Below are positions 29,586 to 38,915 of a stretch of DNA of 64,000 nt, one piece after another. The translations under genes and the position numbers were made by a program. The DNA is from a virus, in IMG/VR virus record IMGVR_UViG_3300005613_000015, positions 37,675 through 101,674 of that record; one strand, given 5' to 3'. The notes beneath the pieces are model-generated. The model worked only from the letters and a program-made list of their open reading frames with translations, did no database searches and was not told the DNA's origin. Position 1 is the first letter of the stretch. Every line of letters starts with the position of its first letter.

Positions 29586-29880
29586 GCGTGTTGTAAACCG
29601 CCTTATTCGAGATAAAAAAACTTCTTCCTTCCTGCTCTTATACCATTCCGAATGGGATAAGTATTCTCAGGTAGTTGTAGACCGCGCTACTGAGTGGGCA
29701 AAAGAAGAAGGAGATGAGGTATGCTACATTATTTCTAGTTGGGAGCTTCCTCATGTATTTTCAGCCTTTGGAGTTACCTCAGCCCCTTGCCTAGTGGAAG
29801 TGGTGAAGGGTGATGTAAAAGTGTTTGTTGAATACCCAAAGGTTTATGACTACTTCGCTCTCAAAAGCGAAGCCTCTTAA
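29551..29880 (+). CDS. Thioredoxin-fold protein lacking CxxC
   Basis: LLYHSEWDKYS aligns to the Trx F.A.WCxxC region, and FGVTSAPCLV to the cis-Pro loop. 109 aa. Confidence 0.55.
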   Translation: MRTLRVLSQKNERVVNRLIRDKKTSSFLLLYHSEWDKYSQVVVDRATEWAKEEGDEVCYIISSWELPHVFSAFGVTSAPCLVEVVKGDVKVFVEYPKVYDYFALKSEAS

Positions 29881-30269
29881 ATCTTCCCGCTACTAGAAAA
29901 GTCTTCCGCCTCTCTGGTAATCGACATTTCACCAGTAACCATCTCTTTGTAGTCCTGAAGCTTCTTGACGTATTTTTTGTCTTTCGTATAGAGCAGCTTC
30001 AGATTATTTACGATGACGGTGGTAAAATAGTTGAATGCCGAACCACTTGAGGGGCGGAAGTTCTTTAATGTCTTGAAGGCGAGCATGAAGCACTCCTGCT
30101 TCGCGTCGTCATGGTCAACACGAAACTTAAACGACATGAGGATATTTGTGATTAGTCTATCAAGTAACTCAACCAACTCTTGTTCGTGAGTTGAGCTGTC
30201 TTTTATGTATAAAGAGATTACTTCTTCGAATCTCTTGTTGTCAATATAATGTCCATTCTTTTTTGCCAT
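29877..30269 (-). CDS. gp55: Late transcription sigma factor (T4 gp55-like)
   Basis: HYIDNKRF, DDAKQEC and NF.P..GSAFNYFTTVI match the gp55 pattern HYVNN.EF...NPFAYFTQI. Confidence 0.8.
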   Translation of the reverse strand: MAKKNGHYIDNKRFEEVISLYIKDSSTHEQELVELLDRLITNILMSFKFRVDHDDAKQECFMLAFKTLKNFRPSSGSAFNYFTTVIVNNLKLLYTKDKKYVKKLQDYKEMVTGEMSITREAEDFSSSGKI

Positions 30270-30284
30270 AAGCTGTTATAGAAA

Positions 30285-31259
30285 ATGAGTATAGATGAAA
30301 TTCTAAAAAGTTTTGAAAATGCTGAAAAAACCCATAAACAAGAAGTGGGTTCGGAGCCTATCATTTTTATTCACGACTCCTGCGTCAAGCAACGCGGGCA
30401 AGTTTATTCATTTCGTGATGATGAATATGAGACTTTAGTAGGTCTTCTGGAGAAGACAAAACTCTCACGGGATGAGTATCAATTTCTGGCAGCGCTTCAA
30501 ACTCTGGACGTTTCCGAGAAAGATGTTACTACGAAGATGATTCAAGACAATCGCCCAGCGCTTGAAGAGAGTCTAAAGACTGCTCAACCAAAGCTAGTTT
30601 TTGTTCTTGGCAACCTCGCTATGAAAACGCTTCTTCGCAAGTCTGGTATTACAAACAAGCGTGGGAAAGAGTTCTGGGTTGATATCGACGGATTTAAGAT
30701 TCCGGTTGTTCCAGTATATCATCCGTTCTCGCTATACTCTGAGCCCAAGCTTCGAGGAATGTTCGTGCAGGATATTGATAATGCCTACGACAAGTTCATT
30801 CTCAAGAAGAACAAGCTCGCGGATTCTACTTACGAACTTTGCAACGAAGTTTCGAAAGCTGTGGAATATCTTGAGAACGCTGCTGAGAAAGAAGTTCTCG
30901 CAGTTGATATTGAAACCACGGGGCTTGATTACAAAAAGGATAAAATTACGAGCATTGGGTTCGCCACTGGCGAGCTTGAGGCGTTCGTTATTCCCATCCA
31001 CCACAGAGAATCTCAGCTATCGGACGCCGATTTAGAAGCGGTTCGCACTATAATATCCCGTGTGATGGGCGACTCCACCATCGCTAAGGTCTTTCACAAC
31101 TGTAAGTTCGACCTGAAGTTTTTGAAGAATTGGGGTATTCCTACATTTACAAACATTCACGACACTCAAATTATGCACTCACTAGTCGATGAGAATAAGC
31201 CTCACGGACTGATGGATATCGTAAAAGAATACTGGCCTAATGAGCTAGAGGAATTCTAA
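30285..31259 (+). CDS. polA: Family A DNA polymerase N-terminal subunit: degenerate family-4 UDG-like domain plus 3'-5' exonuclease ExoI/ExoII
   Basis: UDG-like motifs QPKLVFVLGNLAMK...GITNKRG and VVPVYHP. Exonuclease motifs AVDIETTGL (ExoI), FHNCKFD (ExoII) and HDTQIM..LVDEN..HGL. The ORF ends before ExoIII. Confidence 0.85.
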   Translation: MSIDEILKSFENAEKTHKQEVGSEPIIFIHDSCVKQRGQVYSFRDDEYETLVGLLEKTKLSRDEYQFLAALQTLDVSEKDVTTKMIQDNRPALEESLKTAQPKLVFVLGNLAMKTLLRKSGITNKRGKEFWVDIDGFKIPVVPVYHPFSLYSEPKLRGMFVQDIDNAYDKFILKKNKLADSTYELCNEVSKAVEYLENAAEKEVLAVDIETTGLDYKKDKITSIGFATGELEAFVIPIHHRESQLSDADLEAVRTIISRVMGDSTIAKVFHNCKFDLKFLKNWGIPTFTNIHDTQIMHSLVDENKPHGLMDIVKEYWPNELEEF

Positions 31260-31744
31260 TGAAAACGGACACTCAAGGACAGAGAGCAGTTACTAACGGA
31301 GCTACTTTTGAAAATATTATTGAGCGATACTTGTGCGGTGCTCTCGATATCCCCTCGGTTAAGTATGACCCAGACCATAGCGTACACGACCAAATATTAT
31401 GGAAAAACGCTCCGTATGAGAGTATCTACGGAACTAAGTGTCGTAGCGAGTTTCTTCTACAATTAAAAGAGAGAAAGATTCGCATAGAGTGCAAGTATCA
31501 GTCTGTAGCTGGAAGCGTTGATGAAAAGTTACCTTATCTTATGATGAACTTTACCTCGCAAGTCCCCGAAGATGAGACTATTATCATTATAGACGGGGAC
31601 GGTTGGCGTCCTGGCGCGGTTCAATGGCTTCGAACTGCTTGCAAAGGGACCAAGTGTAAGGTTTTTTCCGCTATCGAATTTCTATTTTATATTGCTACAG
31701 AGTTTGTAGATGCTGACAGTAAACAAGAACAAGCCGAAGGATGA
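31259..31744 (+). CDS. PD-(D/E)XK-family endonuclease lying between the two polA halves
   Basis: Motifs G..FE, YESIYG...RSEF, IRIECKYQSVAGSVDEKLPY and IIIDGDGW. Overlaps both polA ORFs. Confidence 0.75.
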   Translation: MKTDTQGQRAVTNGATFENIIERYLCGALDIPSVKYDPDHSVHDQILWKNAPYESIYGTKCRSEFLLQLKERKIRIECKYQSVAGSVDEKLPYLMMNFTSQVPEDETIIIIDGDGWRPGAVQWLRTACKGTKCKVFSAIEFLFYIATEFVDADSKQEQAEG

Positions 31745-33251
31745 AAACTTTTGGGCTAACATGCCGCTCGACGACCTCGCGTTTGGCAACGCGATGGACT
31801 GCGACTTTACTCTTCGGGCGTTTCATGTTCTCCGCAAGGAGATGGAGGAAAAGCAGGTAAACTTTGTTTACGATAACCTGCTTAAAGACATTCTTGTAAT
31901 TCTCGGAATGGTTGAGAACTTTGGTATTAGTGTTGATACTCAATACTTAAAGGTTCTCGACCAAAAGCTACAGGAGGAGATTGCGGGTCTAGATGACCGT
32001 TTACAAGAACTTATCGACTCGAAGAAGGGGAGAGACGACCGTATCAATCCAAACTCGACTATCGAGATGGCGTCTATTCTATTTACCTCAGAAGGGTTTG
32101 GCTTAATACCTTCAATGTTTTCCGATAAGACGAAGACACCTCGAATTAGTGAGGAGCATCTGACGGAGGTAATGAAAACTACAAAAAACAAAGATGCGAT
32201 TGAATTCATTCAGACACTATTGAAGTATAAGTACCGCGCCAAGCAACACAAGACTTATGTGAAAGGTGTTGAGGCTGCACTAGCGTACAATGAGGACGGT
32301 CGCATCTATTCTCAATACAACTTCGCTACAGTTGTAACTGGTCGTTTGTCTTGCTCTACTTATTCTGCTGGAAAGAAAAAGAAGGGCGTATCGTTCCATA
32401 CGCTCCCACGGGAGTCTCAGAATGATGCCGTGAATATTCGCAAGCTGATGAAAGCAGATGATAAAAAGGTTTTCCTTGCAGCCGACTTTTCTCAAGCTGA
32501 ACTGCGAGTATTGGCACAATGCTGTAAGGATAAGAATCTTATCGAAGCATTCAACTCAGGACAAGACCTTCACAGATATACGGCTTCTCTTGTATTCGGG
32601 AAGAAGCCAGAGGATGTAACAAAAGAGGAGCGTCAGATTGCAAAGTCTGTAAGCTTCCTTATTGTATATGGAGGAGGTCCAAACAAGCTCGCGCAGCAAA
32701 TTGGCAAAAGCGTTCGTTACTGCCAAGGTATCTTTTCTGCGTATGAGCAGTCTTTTCCGAAAGTTTTCAAGTGGATTGAATCAGTTCACAAGATGGTTCG
32801 GAAAAATGGATATGCAGTTAGTCTATTTGGTAGACGACGACACCTACCTAATATAAAGAGCCCGATTAGGAAGTATCAGTTCCGAGCGCTACGCCAGGGT
32901 ATGAACTTCGTAATTCAAAGCTCTGCCTCAGACTTGATGCTGCACTCCATCAAACGACTGCACAGATATCGCGACCTGGCAAGGTTGGACTTTGATATTC
33001 TGGCAACCGTACATGACTCCGTAGAAGTTCAATGTAATGCAAAGGACGCCGAGAAAGTCGCGACCTTGCTAAAAGTCGTTTTGCCTATGACGGACGATTT
33101 CCAGAAGATGTATGGAATCAAGTTCGTTGTTCCCTTTGAGGTGGATGTAGAAGTTGGTACTTCATTCGGCCATTTAACTGAGGCGAAGTTCTCTAACAAA
33201 GGAAACCTACTGAATGGCAAGGAAATTCAATCATTCCTCCAAGATGCATAG
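31710..33251 (+). CDS. polA: Family A DNA polymerase C-terminal subunit (ExoIII plus polymerase domain)
   Basis: ExoIII-like GNAMD, TVVTGRLS, motif A ADFSQAELR, motif B RQIAKSVSFLIVYG (Phe at the 762-equivalent position) and motif C TVHDS. Confidence 0.95.
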   Translation: MLTVNKNKPKDENFWANMPLDDLAFGNAMDCDFTLRAFHVLRKEMEEKQVNFVYDNLLKDILVILGMVENFGISVDTQYLKVLDQKLQEEIAGLDDRLQELIDSKKGRDDRINPNSTIEMASILFTSEGFGLIPSMFSDKTKTPRISEEHLTEVMKTTKNKDAIEFIQTLLKYKYRAKQHKTYVKGVEAALAYNEDGRIYSQYNFATVVTGRLSCSTYSAGKKKKGVSFHTLPRESQNDAVNIRKLMKADDKKVFLAADFSQAELRVLAQCCKDKNLIEAFNSGQDLHRYTASLVFGKKPEDVTKEERQIAKSVSFLIVYGGGPNKLAQQIGKSVRYCQGIFSAYEQSFPKVFKWIESVHKMVRKNGYAVSLFGRRRHLPNIKSPIRKYQFRALRQGMNFVIQSSASDLMLHSIKRLHRYRDLARLDFDILATVHDSVEVQCNAKDAEKVATLLKVVLPMTDDFQKMYGIKFVVPFEVDVEVGTSFGHLTEAKFSNKGNLLNGKEIQSFLQDA

Positions 33252-34266
33252 AGTAGTTGTATTAACTGATTTACACTTACGAGCTGATTACCTTCCAGGC
33301 TACCTTGATAAACAGGTAGAAACATTAACCCGTCTGGTTAATAAGAAACCGCCTGATACGGTAGTTATTAATGGTGATATCTTCCATCGGCGCAATCCGA
33401 AGGGAGCAGAGCTTCTTGCATTCCGTAGACTGCTAGAAGGGCTTCACACAAAGAACATTTATATCAACCGGGGTAATCATGATACGATTGCAAAAGACGG
33501 CAGCACAGAAACAACGCTTAGTTTGTTTTCGGATATTGCTACTGTAATTACCGAGACACGAACGATTCGTCTTGGGGATGTTGATTTTGATTTCATTCCG
33601 CACTATGAGGATGAGAACATTATTATCAATGACCTAGGTAAAACCGACAATCATGTCTTTGGTCACTTCGGCTTTGATGGGTGTGTCGCAAACGGCGCGT
33701 ACCTTTATGAATCGTATGTAAAGAAATCCCATTTCAAAGGAAAAGAGAAGAAGCGCCTCGCATTTCTCGGTCATATTCATAAACCCAAGGTATACGACAA
33801 GTCGATTTATGTTCTCGGCACTCAGTACTCTACCTCATTCGGAGAAGCGAATGCCCAGAAGTATATTCATGAATTGATTATTCGTGGTGGTCGGGTAGAG
33901 GTTGTAAGAAAGCCTATTAATTTTGGTATTAGACACATCACGACAACGCTCGCTTCTCTTGAGGATGATGCAAAGAAGTATAACTTTGATTCTTTCTACA
34001 CTATCCTCCGTATCAAGATGGATACTCTAGACCAGGGTACGGAAAAAGAATTGATGAAAGCTCTTCTAGACAAACACAAGGTAAAGCACATTGAAATTGT
34101 ATTTGATGATGTGCTGCCGAAGTACGAAGCATCTCATGTCGATTACGATAATATCCTTACAATTGATGATAAGATTGTAGAGGAGTATATTGACAATGCA
34201 GATGTCATCTTCTCAAAATCTGAACTACTAAAGGCGCTGGAAGAGATTAAAACATATGAAACTTAA
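33244..34266 (+). CDS. gp47: Recombination nuclease SbcD/Mre11 (gp47-like)
   Basis: Metallophosphoesterase motifs TDLH, GDIFH, GNHD, GHF and GHIH. Likely start is ATG 33244. Confidence 0.9.
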   Translation: MHRVVVLTDLHLRADYLPGYLDKQVETLTRLVNKKPPDTVVINGDIFHRRNPKGAELLAFRRLLEGLHTKNIYINRGNHDTIAKDGSTETTLSLFSDIATVITETRTIRLGDVDFDFIPHYEDENIIINDLGKTDNHVFGHFGFDGCVANGAYLYESYVKKSHFKGKEKKRLAFLGHIHKPKVYDKSIYVLGTQYSTSFGEANAQKYIHELIIRGGRVEVVRKPINFGIRHITTTLASLEDDAKKYNFDSFYTILRIKMDTLDQGTEKELMKALLDKHKVKHIEIVFDDVLPKYEASHVDYDNILTIDDKIVEEYIDNADVIFSKSELLKALEEIKTYET

Positions 34267-35869
34267 TCACATTAAGATTGAAAATTTCCTGTCTGTCAAA
34301 GAGGCAGAAATTGATTTCGAAGATTTCTCTGAACTAGTTCAGGTAGTCGGAGTTAATACTGACACGAATCCTCATTCTTCTAACGGTGCGGGAAAGAGTA
34401 CGATTATCGAAGCGATTGCCTTTGCCCTTTTTGGCAAAACAATTCGTAAGACAACTGAGAAAAGTATTCGAAACTTGCATTCCCTGGGGAAGTGTAAGGT
34501 AACTCTCACCGTCAATGATAATGTCGTCATAGAGCGCGTTAAGAAGCCGCCTATGCTCACCGTGACGGTAGACGGGGAGAAGTGTACTAAGGAGAGTATA
34601 AACGAAACACAGAAGTTCCTAGAGGGCTTCCTGAACACGAACCAGTCGGTGTTCCTCGCTTCCATTATCTTCGGACAGGGAAACGCGACAAATTTCCTTA
34701 CAGCCAGCGCAGATGAGAAGCGAACGATTATTCAAAACTTTCTATCTGTTTCAGAGCTATTTGCAAACCGCAACAAGATTAAAGCGCTTAAATCTAATCA
34801 CAATAACACCAAGAAAATATGTAGCACGCTTTTAGATGAGGCGAACGATAAGCTTACTAAATTAAAGAAAAGGCGTGATACTTTAGTTAAACTCTGTAAA
34901 GAGGCAGACTCTTTCTTAAGTTCTAAGAAAGCTACATTCATTCGCCAACACTCTATTTCTGAAATTCAGGAACTTGAGCGAAGGCATCATGAGCTAGACT
35001 TGGAACGCGCACAACAAGAGCATGTTCGATATGAGAAGTCCGGTATTCTTTCTCGCACCAAGCAACGGCTAAAAAAGCTAAAGGATGCGGTTTGCGAGCA
35101 TTGTGGGAAAGTTTCTAAGCAATCCTACGAGCTTATTCAAGAAGACTTGAATACTGTTGAGTCTTGCGAAAGAGAACTTAAATTAGCTGAGAAGAATATT
35201 AAACGACTTCAAGCAGAGCTGAAGGAGACAGAAGTTCCTATCAGTCTTCAAGACTTCGAGCTTATAGAGAAAGTCAAAACATTTGAGGCGGAACTAGCTG
35301 TTATTAATAAACAGATTGATGAGCAGCAAAAAATTTGCGAAACCCGTTTAAATGAGATGGGAATAGCTGCTAAAGGGTATGACCTTATGCGGTTCTGGGA
35401 AACTGCTTTCTCTGAACAGGGTTTAGTCAAATATGTAATTAGGAATATCCTGTCGTTCTTCAACGAAAGAGCGAACTACTATCTTGGATTCCTTACTAGC
35501 GGAAACTTTGCGATTGAGTTTGACGACTCCTTACACGACACAATTCTAAATAGAGGTAAATTAGCTTTCTTTGATACGCTTTCTGGTGGTGAGAAGAAGA
35601 AACTATCGCTATCTGTTATGTTAGCATTAAATGATTTACTACTGCTGACTGGAAAAGACAGGTCGAATGTTGTTTTCTTTGATGAGATTGCAGACTCTCT
35701 AGACGAAGAAGGAATTCGAGGGCTGTACGAACTTATTGTTCAGATTACTCAGACCAAAAGACTATTTATTATTACACACAATGATTACCTTGCATCCCTA
35801 ATTGAAGATTGGGCTGATGTTTTGGAAGTAAAAAAGAAGGACTATATTACAACTGTGAGGAAACGTTAA
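34256..35869 (+). CDS. gp46: Recombination ATPase SbcC/Rad50 (gp46-like)
   Basis: Walker A SNGAGKST, Zn-hook CEHC, signature LSGGE, Walker B VFFDE and IITH. Confidence 0.93.
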   Translation: MKLNHIKIENFLSVKEAEIDFEDFSELVQVVGVNTDTNPHSSNGAGKSTIIEAIAFALFGKTIRKTTEKSIRNLHSLGKCKVTLTVNDNVVIERVKKPPMLTVTVDGEKCTKESINETQKFLEGFLNTNQSVFLASIIFGQGNATNFLTASADEKRTIIQNFLSVSELFANRNKIKALKSNHNNTKKICSTLLDEANDKLTKLKKRRDTLVKLCKEADSFLSSKKATFIRQHSISEIQELERRHHELDLERAQQEHVRYEKSGILSRTKQRLKKLKDAVCEHCGKVSKQSYELIQEDLNTVESCERELKLAEKNIKRLQAELKETEVPISLQDFELIEKVKTFEAELAVINKQIDEQQKICETRLNEMGIAAKGYDLMRFWETAFSEQGLVKYVIRNILSFFNERANYYLGFLTSGNFAIEFDDSLHDTILNRGKLAFFDTLSGGEKKKLSLSVMLALNDLLLLTGKDRSNVVFFDEIADSLDEEGIRGLYELIVQITQTKRLFIITHNDYLASLIEDWADVLEVKKKDYITTVRKR

Positions 35870-36324
35870 TGCCTATTTATGACCATGTATGCCAAAAATG
35901 TAAAACGCATATCGAAGTTAATTTAACTATTAAAGAGTACGAGGAAGTTGAGGAAAAGTATGGACGGCATGAAAATGAGAGCGTTCAAATCCCATGTCCT
36001 GAGTGTGGTGACTGGGCTCTTCGTGATTATAGCTTTGGCTGCGCTGCTGGAATCGTAAAAGGCGGTTATAAGTATCAGTATGATATGAAATACCGTGCTG
36101 GAGCAGAAGAAGAGTTTATTCGAAATGAGATTTATAGCGGCAAAGAACGTCTTAAAAAGGGAGGTTCTAGTCAACACCGAACCTACTCGAACTATTATAT
36201 CTCGGACCCTGAAGCCGCTGGGTTCAAGAAGGTCGATAGCAAGACAGCTAAGGACCGTTCAGAAGCGGCAAAAAAAAGTTCTGGAGAACAACACCACAAA
36301 GTAGAGCAAGCAAGGAAGAAATGA
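35869..36324 (+). CDS. FmdB-like zinc-ribbon protein
   Basis: MPIYDHVCQKC...CPECG. Confidence 0.7.
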   Translation: MPIYDHVCQKCKTHIEVNLTIKEYEEVEEKYGRHENESVQIPCPECGDWALRDYSFGCAAGIVKGGYKYQYDMKYRAGAEEEFIRNEIYSGKERLKKGGSSQHRTYSNYYISDPEAAGFKKVDSKTAKDRSEAAKKSSGEQHHKVEQARKK

Positions 36325-36785
36325 TTCCCGTTAAAGTTTTGAATCAATCACCGTTCGTATTTCTTGGATATGCAACCCCAGGTTCAGCAGGGTTTGATAT
36401 CTGTATTTCAGAGGATGTATCCATTCGTCCAGGAGCAACGGTACTAGCACATACAGGTATTAGCCTTATTATTCCTAAAGGGTATGAAGGACAGCTTCGT
36501 CTTCGTAGTTCTATGAGTAAGTCTGGTCTTATCATGCCAAATGCGCCAGGAACGATTGATAGTGATTATCGCGGAGAGATTAAGATTCCGCTTCGAAATG
36601 TTCAACAATGGGATATTGTCGAGCTTAAAGCTGGAGCTAAGGTAGCTCAAATGGTAATTAACCAAATTCCAGAAGTACATTTTGAGTTTCTGGAAAAGTT
36701 TGATTTTGATGCGTATTGCCCCACCGCACGCGGCGATGGAGGTTTTGGAAGTACCGGGCAAAATTCTGACGGCGCGAGCCTATAA
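36321..36785 (+). CDS. dut: dUTPase
   Basis: Motifs GSAGFD, RSS, GTIDSDYRGE, AQMV and RGDGGFGSTG. Confidence 0.95.
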   Translation: MIPVKVLNQSPFVFLGYATPGSAGFDICISEDVSIRPGATVLAHTGISLIIPKGYEGQLRLRSSMSKSGLIMPNAPGTIDSDYRGEIKIPLRNVQQWDIVELKAGAKVAQMVINQIPEVHFEFLEKFDFDAYCPTARGDGGFGSTGQNSDGASL

Positions 36786-36791
36786 TATATC

Positions 36792-38099
36792 ATGGCTTAC
36801 CAATTTCAAGATTCAATCCAGCGTGGCATTATCTACCTGCTGAAGTCTGACGAGAGCTTTCTACTTCAAGTAATGCCGATGATTCGGGAGGAGTATTTCG
36901 AGTTTCCGTCGCACCAGAAGATGTACGCGATTACCGTACAATTCTTTCTGAGCTACAAAAAACTGCCTACAGATGACCAGCTCCTTGAAGAGGTAAAGAA
37001 GGTCATGTCTTCTAGTGAACGTTTCGGAGATTATCGAGACGAGCTAGATGCAATTAATGGGCTAGACGAGAAATCTATTTCAAACCAAGAATATCTTTTA
37101 GACTTGGTTGAAGAGTTTGCGAAAGAGCAAGCAGTAAAAGATGCGATTCTCAAGTCGGTTGATTACCTAAAGAAGAAGAATTTTCCAGCTATTGAGGAGG
37201 AGGTGCGTAATGCGTTCTCGATAAACAGAAATGTGGACTTGGGAACTGATTACTTCTCGGGTATTCGTGAGCGTTGGGACAGGTTAAACAGCGCGTCTCT
37301 AGTTCCGAAGTTCCGTACACCGTTTGAGACGCTTAACGAAGCTCTGGAAGGCGGTCTAGCGCATAAAGAGATGGCTATGGTTGTAGCCCCTCCTGGCGTT
37401 GGCAAGTCGCTATTCCTTGCAAACCAAGCTGCTCGCTCTGTGCTAGACGGCCACAATGTTCTATATATCTCTCTGGAGATGGCTGAAGACCGCGTAGCAC
37501 AACGCCTAGACAGCATCTTTACTCGTATTCGACAGCGAGAGCTATCGAACCGAGTTGATGATATTGAAGAGCGCCTTGAGATTATCAACAAACAATGGCA
37601 AGATAGGGGTCGGCTTGTTGTAAAAGAATTCCCTACAAAGCGTCTTTCTGTAACCGCGCTTCGTGCCTTCCTCAATCAGTTAAAAAATTATGAAGATTTT
37701 TCACCTGATGTTCTTATCGTGGATTATCTAGAATTGATGAAAACTGAGCGAGATATGGCTGAATATCAAGGCCAGGAGCGTCTTGCACAGGAGTTGCGCG
37801 GTATCGCGAGCGAATACGGGTGTCTTGTTTGGACAGCTACACAAACGAACCGAGAAGGTAAGAAGGTAAATATTATTACAGACGCCGAACTTGCCGATTC
37901 TTATGGCAAAATCCGTGTCTGCGACCTAGTGTTCTCGATTAACCAGACTGAGCAGGAGTTTGACCAAGGAAATGCAAGGCTTTATCTGATGAAGTCTCGT
38001 AACGGTCGAGCACGGTTTATTGTTCCTATTAAGATTGATTATTCGAGGCTGGTCGTTAGCCAATCCCAATCAAATGACTCGAAAACAGCAGATACCTGA
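36792..38099 (+). CDS. Replicative helicase (DnaB/gp41-like)
   Basis: Motifs APPGVGKS, YISLEM, VDYLE, WTATQTNR, ADS and KSRNG. Confidence 0.92.
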   Translation: MAYQFQDSIQRGIIYLLKSDESFLLQVMPMIREEYFEFPSHQKMYAITVQFFLSYKKLPTDDQLLEEVKKVMSSSERFGDYRDELDAINGLDEKSISNQEYLLDLVEEFAKEQAVKDAILKSVDYLKKKNFPAIEEEVRNAFSINRNVDLGTDYFSGIRERWDRLNSASLVPKFRTPFETLNEALEGGLAHKEMAMVVAPPGVGKSLFLANQAARSVLDGHNVLYISLEMAEDRVAQRLDSIFTRIRQRELSNRVDDIEERLEIINKQWQDRGRLVVKEFPTKRLSVTALRAFLNQLKNYEDFSPDVLIVDYLELMKTERDMAEYQGQERLAQELRGIASEYGCLVWTATQTNREGKKVNIITDAELADSYGKIRVCDLVFSINQTEQEFDQGNARLYLMKSRNGRARFIVPIKIDYSRLVVSQSQSNDSKTADT

Positions 38100-38415
38100 A
38101 CATCCGCAAGAAGTTAATGTTGGTCACAAGAAGTTTACCATCGTTAGAAAATCTCTAGGTAAAGAGGGGCTTTATGGGTGTGTAGAGTTTAATAAGAATG
38201 AAATTATTATCGACTCTACACTCTCGTTAGCCGATTACAAGTCTACGCTCCTGCATGAAATTACTCATGTGGGGCTGGACTTGTTTGGTTTGGGGGATGA
38301 CGATGAAATTCCCCTTATGTCGAATGAGTTTCTGACGAGCATAACTTCGAATATGTTTATTCTTTTAGCCTCTCTAAATCCTGAACTATTTGCTTTTATA
38401 ATAAGTGATGAATGA
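38074..38415 (+). CDS. HEXXH zincin-like small protein
   Basis: Motif TLLHEITH. Likely start is ATG 38074. Confidence 0.6.
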   Translation: MTRKQQIPEHPQEVNVGHKKFTIVRKSLGKEGLYGCVEFNKNEIIIDSTLSLADYKSTLLHEITHVGLDLFGLGDDDEIPLMSNEFLTSITSNMFILLASLNPELFAFIISDE

Positions 38416-38857
38416 TATATATGAAACCTACGACAATCTAGAAAAAACATATCTAGATATAACAAAGAAATACCTACGCCTGGACGAGTCTTCCGTAGAC
38501 CGTGCGCTTCTACAGCACACAGGAGTATATTCTTTCTTTGGCGCAGTTCTTGCACATGCAAAGATGCGTATGGACTCTGCTTCTACGGACCTAGAAAGGA
38601 CTGAAGCGCGAGTTCGAGAAACCCGACGAGAAGAGCTACTAGACTCTGGCAAGAAGGCGACTGACCGCGCTCTCGATGCGTATGTTCGAATTGTAGACGA
38701 GGTACAAGCTGCTGAGGATTCTTATAAGGAGTGTTCTCATAAGTACCACCTCGCCAAAAATATTATGAATTCTCTTGACCACCAGAAGGATATGCTGGTG
38801 CAAATCTCTGCTAACAAGCGAGCAGAAACAAAATTAATTGGAGAGACTTACTCCTAA
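38405..38857 (+). CDS. uvsY: Recombination mediator (UvsY-like)
   Basis: Helical, 150 aa, with K.T...LDAYV..EV. Lies between the helicase and SSB genes. Confidence 0.55.
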   Translation: MMNDIYETYDNLEKTYLDITKKYLRLDESSVDRALLQHTGVYSFFGAVLAHAKMRMDSASTDLERTEARVRETRREELLDSGKKATDRALDAYVRIVDEVQAAEDSYKECSHKYHLAKNIMNSLDHQKDMLVQISANKRAETKLIGETYS

Positions 38858-38915
38858 TCGACTATTATACACCGTGGGAATAGCCCCACGCTAACCAATA
38901 CTAACTTATAATAAC

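Noticed and set aside
31259-31744. Group I intron or intein in polA
   Set aside because: The nuclease ORF fills and overlaps the whole gap in a different frame. I see no intron core elements or intein terminal motifs, though I cannot formally exclude them without covariance-model searches.
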